Source: an uncultured delta proteobacterium (GTDB lineage Bacteria; Desulfobacterota; Syntrophorhabdia; Syntrophorhabdales; WCHB1-27). From it: 64,000 nt of DNA. Shown here piece after piece: positions 14,700 through 22,031 of the stretch. A model generated the notes under the pieces. The model did no database searches. It was not told the origin of the DNA and saw only the letters and a program-made list of their open reading frames with translations. Numbering within the stretch: position 1 is the first letter of the stretch; every line of letters begins with the position of its first letter. Location: assembly GCA_963810935.1 (NCBI GenBank), contig CAWEPK010000003.1:64001-128000 (forward strand), given 5' to 3'. The position numbers were made by a program, and so were the translations under genes.

Positions 14700-14841
14700 T
14701 ACCTCTCCGTGCAGCTTATGCACGGGCAATAATTGGGGTTAAGCACCCCCTCCACGGGCAAAGCTCGTGGAGCCTCCCTGCTCGGCGCTTCGCATACGCT
14801 CGCTCTATTCACACTACCTCTCCGTGCAGCTTATGCACGGG
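14700..14841. repeat. 27-bp direct repeat of the echE 3' end flanking an 88-bp hairpin element (family 1, copy A)
   Basis: TACCTCTCCGTGCAGCTTATGCACGGG at 14700-14726 and 14815-14841; the insert starts GCAATAATTGGGGTTAAGCACCCCCTCCACGGGCAAAGCTCGTGGAG. Confidence 0.92.
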
Positions 14842-15893
14842 TCGATTGTGAGGATGATGACCGGCACGTCGGCCACCTGGCTTCCTTTAAGCATCCGGAC
14901 CATGCCGGGCAGGTTGGCGAACGTCGGCACCCTGACGTGGAAGCGCTCCAGAAACTTTTCCCCGTTGCCTTTGACGTAGTAGACGACCTCTCCCCTCGGC
15001 TGCTCGACCCTGCCGAAAAACTCGCCCTGGGGCGCGCCGGTCACCCGCACCTCGACAGGTCCGGGGGGCGTTTTATCGACTGCCTGTTTTATCAGGTCGA
15101 TGGCGGCGAATATCTCCTCGATCCGCACCCGGCAGCGGGCGTAGCAATCCCCGCCCCGGACCGTTACAGGCGTAAAAGTGAGGTCTTTGTAGGCGGCATA
15201 GCCGAGCAGGCGGGTGTCGGAAGGAACGCCGCTAGCCCTGAGCATGGGGCCGACCATGCCGAGCGCGTAGGCCTCCTCTCCCGATATCACGCCGACCCCT
15301 TCAAGGCGCTGCCTGACGGAATAATCGTCCAGGAAGACACCGGCCAGCTCCCGAATCTCCGGGGCGAGGGCGGTAAGCCTGTCGCAGACCGCGCGGAGCA
15401 TCGAGTCTTCGACGTCCCGCCTCACGCCGCCGATCCTGACGCACCCGAAGATCATCCTGCCCCCGGCAGTCGCCTCTACCATGTCGAGTACGTGCTCCCT
15501 CAGCCTGAAGGTATGCATAAAAAGGCTCTCGAAACCGAGGGCGTCCGCGGTGAGGCCCAGCCAGAGCAGGTGGCTGTTTACCCGCGACAGCTCGGCCCAT
15601 ATCGTCCGCAGGTATTGCGCGCGGGCAGGGACCTCGATGCCCATGACCTGCTCGACCGTCTGGCAGTAGCCGAACCCGTGGGTATAGCCGCAGATGCCGC
15701 AGATGCGCTCTGCGACAAAGGTGTAATCGACGAAGTCTTTCTTCTCGATCAAGCGCTCGAGGCCGCGGTGCTGGTAGCCGATAACCGGAAATGCGTCCAC
15801 GACCGTCTCGTCTTCGGTGACCAGATCGAAGTGGATCGGCTCCGGCAGCACCGGGTGCTGAGGCCCGAAGGGTATGACGCTTTTTTCAGCCAC
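14814..15893 (-). CDS. echE: Ech hydrogenase large subunit E
   Basis: GTG start; PFGPQHPVLPEP, HRGLE, ERICGIC, EQPRGE, DPCISCTER. Confidence 0.95.
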   Translation of the reverse strand: MAEKSVIPFGPQHPVLPEPIHFDLVTEDETVVDAFPVIGYQHRGLERLIEKKDFVDYTFVAERICGICGYTHGFGYCQTVEQVMGIEVPARAQYLRTIWAELSRVNSHLLWLGLTADALGFESLFMHTFRLREHVLDMVEATAGGRMIFGCVRIGGVRRDVEDSMLRAVCDRLTALAPEIRELAGVFLDDYSVRQRLEGVGVISGEEAYALGMVGPMLRASGVPSDTRLLGYAAYKDLTFTPVTVRGGDCYARCRVRIEEIFAAIDLIKQAVDKTPPGPVEVRVTGAPQGEFFGRVEQPRGEVVYYVKGNGEKFLERFHVRVPTFANLPGMVRMLKGSQVADVPVIILTIDPCISCTER

Positions 15894-16354
15894 CGGCCCC
15901 TTCCTTGAGGCGCGGTGCAACCCCTGCGCCCTCTTCTTCCTTCTCGGGTTCGGGGCCCTTACGCCTCTTGGCCGCCTTCGCTTTGCGCGCCTGCGTCGCC
16001 TCAGCCACCCGCTCGATGGAGAAGGGCGCGGGGACGGCAGTCCGGTAAAGCGTACCCCCGTAGTCTACCGTCATGTTCTCGACGTTTATGCCGAAAAGGT
16101 CGTGAATTTCGTTCTCGTAGAGGAATGCGCTCTCGTAAATGAGGCTTATGCTCGGCAGGCTTTCCCCCGGCGCAAGATCGAAGCGCAGGGTAGCCAGGCG
16201 CATCTCCTTGTCGAAGGAATAGTTCATTTCGTACCGGTCGGGCAACGTGGTCGGGCTTATCTGGACAAGCCGCCAGCCGGAGGCGCGCATGGCAGCGATG
16301 CGCCCAAGCAGACTCGCCCTTGGTTATCCTGACTGTTTCTTGTTCCTCGATCAC
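15886..16354 (-). CDS. echD: Ech hydrogenase subunit D (one extra base at 16312, probably a sequencing error)
   Basis: MIEEQETVRITKGE joins LLGRIAAMRASGWRLVQI...AFLYENEIHDLFG when one T is removed from GAGtCTG. Confidence 0.85.
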
Positions 16355-16789
16355 TGTAAAGCCTCTCGATGTCCGCCCTTTGCTTCGAGTGCGGCCGCCG
16401 CCTTGAGCAGGCCGTCGATGACCGCCTCCGGCCTTGCGGCGCAGCCCGGCACGTAGATGTCGACGGGCAGGGCGACGTCTACGCCGCCCAGGATGTTGTA
16501 AGCGTTATGGAAGACGCAGCCCGAAGTGGCGCAGAGGCCGACCGCAACTACGACCTTAGGGGCGGCCATCTGGTCGTAGAGACTGCGCAGCACACCGGCG
16601 TTATCCGGGTTGACTGCGCCTGTGACCAGGAAGATGTCCGCGTGCTTCGGGTTGCCTACGTTCAGGACGCCGAACCGCTCCGGGTCGTACCTGGGGCCGA
16701 GGGCGGCGAACAGACTCCAGTACGCATCCGTTGCAGCTCGTCGCGTTGTAGTGAAATATCCAGGGGGACCGGCGGCGGGCGCGCATCAT
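16351..16789 (-). CDS. echC: Ech hydrogenase small subunit C (one extra base at 16714, probably a sequencing error)
   Basis: SPWIFHYNATSCNGCVLE joins LFAALGPRYDPERFGVLNVGNPKHAD...GLCA...VPGCAARPE when one T is removed from GAGtCTG. Confidence 0.88.
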
Positions 16790-17688
16790 TGCCTTCCCAT
16801 GACGAACGGCAGGACGGTCAGGTTCGAGACCGCCGCCATGACGGTGAAGATCCAGGTGGAGGCGAACGTCGCCTGCCACCGCAGCCTCGCATGTGTGTTG
16901 TCGATGAATACCTCCAGGAAATAGGTGAGAAGGGTGATGACTACGCCTAAGACAGCGTTGAAGGAGAAGAACAGGTAGACGACCGACATGAGGAGAATAT
17001 CTTCGTACCAGTGGGTTATCTCGATAAGTGCCAGATGTGGCCCTGAAAACTCGGTGGAGAGGCCGCTTACGATTTCCTGGTGTGCGTGGCGCGACATCGA
17101 AAGGTCGAAAGGCGACTTCCGCAGCTTTATCGTCAGCGCATAGAGATAGGCGGCAAAGATGCCGGGCAGGTAGGCGATGAGGTAGACGTGCCTGGATGCG
17201 CCGTAGATGCCCGTCAGGTCGAAACTCCCCGTCACCACGTAAAAGCCGATGGCCAGGATAATGATCGCCGGGTCGTAGGCCATCATCTGTATCAGCTCGC
17301 GCTCCGCCCCTATATGCGAGTACGGCGAGTTTACGCAAAAACCGGCCAGGGCAAAGAAGAGGGAAGCGAGGGTAAGGGCGAAGACGACCAGGAGAAAGCT
17401 GCCCCCCGAAAAGAAGAGGCAGCCCGTAAAGACCATGAACAGGAAAAAGAGGATGACAAAGAAGTTCTGCACCCGGTTTACGGCAATCCGCTCCTTGCGC
17501 AGCAGCTTCAGCACGTCATAGAACGGCTGGAGGACCGGCGGCCCGACGCGCGCCTGCATCCATGCCGAGACCTTGCGGTCGAGACCGGCCAGAAGGCCGC
17601 CCGCGAGCGGCGCAAGGACGATATAGGCAAACGCCCGGAAGAAGGCGGCCGCATCCTGCTCTGCGGGGAAGGCGGCGGGCAGGCTCAT
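16786..17688 (-). CDS. echB: Ech hydrogenase membrane subunit B (NuoH-like)
   Basis: DRKVSAWMQARVGPPVLQPFYD, KSPFDLS, TEFSG. Confidence 0.92.
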   Translation of the reverse strand: MSLPAAFPAEQDAAAFFRAFAYIVLAPLAGGLLAGLDRKVSAWMQARVGPPVLQPFYDVLKLLRKERIAVNRVQNFFVILFFLFMVFTGCLFFSGGSFLLVVFALTLASLFFALAGFCVNSPYSHIGAERELIQMMAYDPAIIILAIGFYVVTGSFDLTGIYGASRHVYLIAYLPGIFAAYLYALTIKLRKSPFDLSMSRHAHQEIVSGLSTEFSGPHLALIEITHWYEDILLMSVVYLFFSFNAVLGVVITLLTYFLEVFIDNTHARLRWQATFASTWIFTVMAAVSNLTVLPFVMGRQ

Positions 17689-19586
17689 AGGAGAACAACC
17701 CCGAACATGATGATCGTGCAGAAGCCCGCGGCGAGCAGGCCGGCCGGCAGAAGGCGCGACTCGTCGAACTGGCGGGCCAGGTAGTAGTTGCGGGTGCCTG
17801 CCTCGATGTGGGCGCCCCGTGCGCCGAGGAAAGACCGCCTGCCCGTGTTGCCCCCTGAAAGGTAGATCCCGACAAAGCGGTAGCGCTTACGCAAGGTCCG
17901 GTAAAAGAGACCGAGGGGGAAGATGATCAGCAGGCTCGCCATGATGCCGACGATCATATAGAGGTTGAACGGCTCGACGGTAGTGCCCGTCCCGTAGGCC
18001 GTAACAATGTACGGGTCGATCAGCACGTCCGTGATCGCCGGAAACAGCAGGCAGGTGGCGATAGTGAGGCCCGAAAGGGCTGCCATTGCCGCCCATTCCC
18101 ATATGCCGACGGACCCCTCCCTGTTTTCCGACCGCGTCCTCACCATAATGAGCTTCCCCATCCATTTGGCGTAGAAGAAAAGCGTGGCGCCGCTCCCGAA
18201 CGCCAGGATCACCCCCAGGAGCGGATGCGTATCGACCAGGGCCTTCAGGGTTACAGCCTTGCTTATGACGACCCCGAACGGCGCAAGGAACATGCCTGCG
18301 AGGCCGATGTTCATCATGACGGCGACCTTGGGCATCTTCGTGATGAGCGAACCCATATCCTCGATGTCTCTGCTGCCCGTGCGTTGCTCCACGACCCCGA
18401 CGCACAGGAAAAGCAAGGATTTTGCGACTGCATGGAAAATAATCAGCAGGAGGGCGGACCAGGCGGCCTCATATGTGCCGACGCCTGCGCACATCACGAT
18501 AAGGCCCAGAGTCGATATCGTCGAATAGGCGAGGACGCGCTTCGCGTCGCTCTGGGAAACTGCGATGAGGGAGGCGAAAAGGAAGGTAACGCCGCCTATG
18601 AATGTGAGGCTTACGCCTGCGGGCGTGTTGTTGAGGACCGGGGAGACGCGCAGGAGCAGGTAGACCCCCGCTTTTACCATAGTGCTCGAATGAAGCAGGG
18701 CGGAGACGGGCGTGGGTGCGACCATAGCGGCAGTCAGCCAGGGGGAGAAAGGCATCTGGGCTGATTTCACTATGCCCGCAAAGGAAAGGAAGACCGCGGG
18801 CAGCAGAATAGGGGCCGCCGAGCGTGCTAGGATCATGCGGTCGAGCTCCGTTATCCCCATGCGGCCTAGGTAAAAGATGGCCACAGAGAAGGCCAGGCCG
18901 CCCAGCAGGTTCATCCACAGGGCCCTGAAGGCCGCATCGTCCGATTCCGCGTCGCCGTTGTAGCCGATCAGGAAAAAGGAACAGAGGGTCGTGACTTCCC
19001 AGAAGAAGAGCATCCACCTGAGATCGTTCGAGAAAACGAGCCCGAACATGGCCGATATGAAGAGGTAGAGAAAAAAACCGAAGATCCGGCGACGGTCTTT
19101 GGCCTCCGGGTGGTCCGCATGGTGGCGGGCCATGTAGCCGATGGCGTAGCTCACGATAAGGGCGCCGAGGATGCCGACCAGGAGGGCCATCATCACGGAG
19201 AACTTGTCTGCGAAAAGCTGGCGGCTTCCCCGGAAGGCGCCGGCAACAGGCAAGGCAGCTTCGAAGACAACGGTAAGGCAGGCCATTACACCGCCGAGGG
19301 CGGAGATAAGGTAGCGCTTCCCCGTAAAGCCGAGATACGCAACGAGGAGGCCGAAGGCGAACTCTGCGCCGGTAAGGAGACGGCCGATAACGGGCTGATC
19401 TATTGCGAAGAACAGCGGGTCAGGGCCGGCCTCCAAAAAGAGCAGGACCGCGCCCCCTGCAATAAGGACGTTGGCGATGGAGAAGACCATGCGGCGGAGC
19501 CTTCCGAGCGGCACGGCGAGGCTGCACAGCGAGACGAAAAAAGGGAAGGCGATGAGGAAGACAAGGACGGGCAGTATGCTTCTCAC
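17685..19586 (-). CDS. echA: Ech hydrogenase antiporter-like subunit A (NuoL-like)
   Basis: FFWEVTT, KSAQMPF, AMVAPTPVSALLHSSTMVKAG, HAVAKSLLF. Confidence 0.92.
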   Translation of the reverse strand: MRSILPVLVFLIAFPFFVSLCSLAVPLGRLRRMVFSIANVLIAGGAVLLFLEAGPDPLFFAIDQPVIGRLLTGAEFAFGLLVAYLGFTGKRYLISALGGVMACLTVVFEAALPVAGAFRGSRQLFADKFSVMMALLVGILGALIVSYAIGYMARHHADHPEAKDRRRIFGFFLYLFISAMFGLVFSNDLRWMLFFWEVTTLCSFFLIGYNGDAESDDAAFRALWMNLLGGLAFSVAIFYLGRMGITELDRMILARSAAPILLPAVFLSFAGIVKSAQMPFSPWLTAAMVAPTPVSALLHSSTMVKAGVYLLLRVSPVLNNTPAGVSLTFIGGVTFLFASLIAVSQSDAKRVLAYSTISTLGLIVMCAGVGTYEAAWSALLLIIFHAVAKSLLFLCVGVVEQRTGSRDIEDMGSLITKMPKVAVMMNIGLAGMFLAPFGVVISKAVTLKALVDTHPLLGVILAFGSGATLFFYAKWMGKLIMVRTRSENREGSVGIWEWAAMAALSGLTIATCLLFPAITDVLIDPYIVTAYGTGTTVEPFNLYMIVGIMASLLIIFPLGLFYRTLRKRYRFVGIYLSGGNTGRRSFLGARGAHIEAGTRNYYLARQFDESRLLPAGLLAAGFCTIIMFGVVLL

Positions 19587-19661
19587 GGGGGAAAGACCCT
19601 TCCAAGAACATAAGTACTGTAAGGGAAATCTGCACCGGGCGGGCAGGGACGGCTCTGGCCC

Positions 19662-20291
19662 TCAGTTGACGGCGACGGCTGATTTCCGGATCGGTCCCGT
19701 ATATCCGTCGATTGTACTCACGATTATCAGGACCCATCGGTCCGAGCCGTCTTCCTTCAGGAGGGCGTAGTTGTACCCCCGCATCATCCCGGTCACCGCG
19801 TCTTCGGAAACGAGGCCGGAGGATGGGGTGGCGATCAGCCCGCGCCCTCCGCCTGCGTCTTGGGCGGCGGCCGCGGCAGATTGTTCCGGCGTTTGGGAAG
19901 TTACGTACCCGGGCGGCGGCTTCTCCATACCCGCGACTGCGGGGCTTGCCCCAGGCATAGGTGGGGCGGGCGCTGCAAAAACAATGGGGCGCACGATCTT
20001 CCGCGGCGCGGCGGCCGTACGGACATGGCGGCTTAAGGCAGTCCGCCCGTACGCGTGCCTCACCCTCGCCTTATGGCGGCCCACGAATTTCCGGTGACGG
20101 TTATGTTTCTTTCGCGCGTTCAGGGCGTGCCGTTTTTGCCCATAGGAATGGTCAGCCGCGCGCCGCCAGGTTGCCGTAGTGACTTTCCGGCTCTTGTGCG
20201 CCGCGTACAGCTCAGGGCAGCACAGGAGGCAGCAGACTGTCAGTATGATGGAGAGCAGGGCGACCCGTCGCATCGTTTTGGCAGGCTTCAC
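19662..20291 (-). CDS. Hypothetical secreted protein with Arg/Lys/His-rich and Pro/Ala-rich segments
   Basis: GTG start after AAAGGGGG; hydrophobic signal peptide ending ELYA; no family recognised. Confidence 0.55.
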   Translation of the reverse strand: MKPAKTMRRVALLSIILTVCCLLCCPELYAAHKSRKVTTATWRRAADHSYGQKRHALNARKKHNRHRKFVGRHKARVRHAYGRTALSRHVRTAAAPRKIVRPIVFAAPAPPMPGASPAVAGMEKPPPGYVTSQTPEQSAAAAAQDAGGGRGLIATPSSGLVSEDAVTGMMRGYNYALLKEDGSDRWVLIIVSTIDGYTGPIRKSAVAVN

Positions 20292-20334
20292 GCGTCCCCC
20301 CTTTCGCGGCAGCAAGACCGGCGAGCGATAGACC

Positions 20335-20350
20335 TGCGAGAACCGTGCCA
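20335..20350 (-). promoter_or_regulatory. Putative sigma54 (-24/-12) promoter
   Basis: Minus strand TGGCACGGTTCTCGCA with GG-N10-GC spacing; AT-rich tract upstream. Confidence 0.6.
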
Positions 20351-20437
20351 AATGGTAAGAATTGGTTATTATTTGGAATTTCTGATTTAGCCGGCCCGTG
20401 AAGTGTAAAACGAGGGGACGAACCTGTAAACAATATG

Positions 20438-20598
20438 GCAATTACTGGGGTTCAGCACCCCCTCACCGGGCAAAGCCCGGCGAATCTCCCCGCTCGTAAA
20501 AGCAAACTATCTCAGGTGGAGATGGCGGGATGCAATTACTGGGGCTCAGCGCCCCCTCCACGAGCAAAGCCCGTGGAGCCTCCCCCCTCGCAAAAGCA
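20438..20598. repeat. Two tandem family-1 hairpin elements (B 20438-20504, C 20532-20598) separated by a 17-bp copy of the tRNA 3' end
   Basis: GCAATTACTGGGG(T/C)TCAGC(A/G)CCCCCT...GCAAAGCCC...AAAAGCA twice; GGTGGAGATGGCGGGAT at 20515-20531 equals 20643-20659. Confidence 0.9.
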
Positions 20599-20641
20599 GG
20601 ATGGCCCCATTAGAGTTGACGATAATTTTCGGAGAAATGTA

Positions 20642-20716
20642 TGGTGGAGATGGCGGGATTCGAACCCGCGACCCCCTCGTTGCGAACGAGGTGCTCTCCC
20701 ACTGAGCTACACCCCC
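20642..20716 (-). tRNA. tRNA-Ala(CGC)
   Basis: GGGGGTGTAGCTCAGTGGGAGAGCACCTCGTTCGCAACGAGGGGGTCGCGGGTTCGAATCCCGCCATCTCCACCA; G3:U70 pair, anticodon CGC, encoded CCA. Confidence 0.97.
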
Positions 20717-20734
20717 ACACAGGAGAATTATATC

Positions 20735-21616
20735 CTATTTCATTATGGAGTCCAGGTCAAGCTCTCTGATGAATGCGCAAAGATCTTCCCGCACTTCCTT
20801 GTGGTGCAGGCCGCAGTAGAGGTTCGCCTTAATGAAGCCTGCCTTGTTGCCCGCATCGAAGCGCAGCCCCTCGTATTGAAGGCCGAGGAACGGGTTTGTG
20901 ACGAGGAGCCGCCGTATGGCGTCCGTAAGCTGTATCTCTCCGCCCGCGCCCGCGCCTGTGTCACCGAGTACGGTGAAGATTTCGGGGGGCAGCACGTAGC
21001 GGCCGATTATGGCAAGGTTGCTCGGCGCGTCTTTCATGCTGGGCTTTTCGACCACGTCTTTTATCGCGTAGAGCCTTTCCCTTACCGGCTCCGGCGTGAT
21101 TATGCCGTACTGGGGCGCTGCCTCTTTCGGCACGGCCTGCACGGCTATAACGGGCTTGCCGAATTCATCGAAGACGTCAAGGAGCTGTCGCAGGCACGGC
21201 TTTGTTGCGATAATAAGGTCGTCGGGCAGGAGAACGGCGAAGGGCTCGTTGTTGATAAGGTTCCGCGCGCACAGTACGGCATGGCCCAGGCCCATCGGGT
21301 ATGATTGCCTCACCGAGACGATGCGCACCAGGCCGGAAAGCCCCCTGATCATGTCGAGAAGCTCGGCCTTCTTCTTGTTCTCGAGGAACAATTCGAGCTC
21401 TGCGCAACTGTCGAAATGGTCTTCGACGGAGGCCTTCTGCCTTCCCGTGATGAGGATGATCTCTTCTATCCCGGACTCCGCCACCTCTTCGACGATGAAT
21501 TGTATGAGGGGCTTATCCACGACAGGGAGGAGCTCTTTCGGAACGACTTTGGTTGCGGGGAGCATGCGCGTTCCGAACCCGCCCGCCGGGATAATGGCCT
21601 TTCTCACTTTATGCAT
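20735..21616 (-). CDS. galU: UTP-glucose-1-phosphate uridylyltransferase
   Basis: KAIIPAGGFGTRMLPATK, KELLP, VEKP, GGEIQLTDA. Confidence 0.95.
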   Translation of the reverse strand: MHKVRKAIIPAGGFGTRMLPATKVVPKELLPVVDKPLIQFIVEEVAESGIEEIILITGRQKASVEDHFDSCAELELFLENKKKAELLDMIRGLSGLVRIVSVRQSYPMGLGHAVLCARNLINNEPFAVLLPDDLIIATKPCLRQLLDVFDEFGKPVIAVQAVPKEAAPQYGIITPEPVRERLYAIKDVVEKPSMKDAPSNLAIIGRYVLPPEIFTVLGDTGAGAGGEIQLTDAIRRLLVTNPFLGLQYEGLRFDAGNKAGFIKANLYCGLHHKEVREDLCAFIRELDLDSIMK

Positions 21617-21618
21617 AT

Positions 21619-21978
21619 CTATGCCCCCAGGACGTTTTTGATGGTCTCTTTCAGTTCTCGCGTGTCAGCAGACTTTACTACATATGCATCGGAGACCCAA
21701 CTGGAGAAATCCTGCTGGTATTCGCCGTAAGCCGAGCAAAGTATGACCCGCTGGTCCTTGTTGAGCTTCTTTATCTCACTGAGCGTCTGTATGCCGTCCA
21801 TGCCCGGCATTTTGATATCGAGCACCACAAGGTCGAAGCTGCCTGTCTGCATGACCTCGAGGGCCTCGAAACCGTTCGAGGCGAGAGATATGGTGTAGCC
21901 TTCCTCTTCAAGCTCTTCCTTGAACAGGAGCCTTATGTGCTCTTCGTCATCGACCAGCAGGATTTTTACGTTTTCCAT
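21619..21978 (-). CDS. Single-domain response regulator
   Basis: ILLVDDE, LDIKMPGMDG, YVVKS. Confidence 0.9.
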   Translation of the reverse strand: MENVKILLVDDEEHIRLLFKEELEEEGYTISLASNGFEALEVMQTGSFDLVVLDIKMPGMDGIQTLSEIKKLNKDQRVILCSAYGEYQQDFSSWVSDAYVVKSADTRELKETIKNVLGA

Positions 21979-22031
21979 GGCTTTCCACCCCTATTTTTTG
22001 ATGGGCCGGCCCAAAAGCGGCCTATCCGCCT

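Noticed and set aside
15886..16789. Pseudogenisation of echC/echD (and of the kinase, PASTA and lipoprotein genes)
   Set aside because: Each break is a single extra base at GAGCT with no other decay, which fits a systematic sequencing error better
10260..20641. Hydrogenase block as a tRNA-integrated genomic island
   Set aside because: No integrase, and no tRNA 3'-end copy at the far boundary; the only duplicate is about 110 bp from the tRNA
20438..20659. CRISPR mini-array
   Set aside because: Only two units of about 67 bp, the intervening sequence is tRNA-derived, and there are no cas genes
20435..21304. 289-aa plus-strand ORF
   Set aside because: It runs antisense through the repeats, tRNA-Ala and galU
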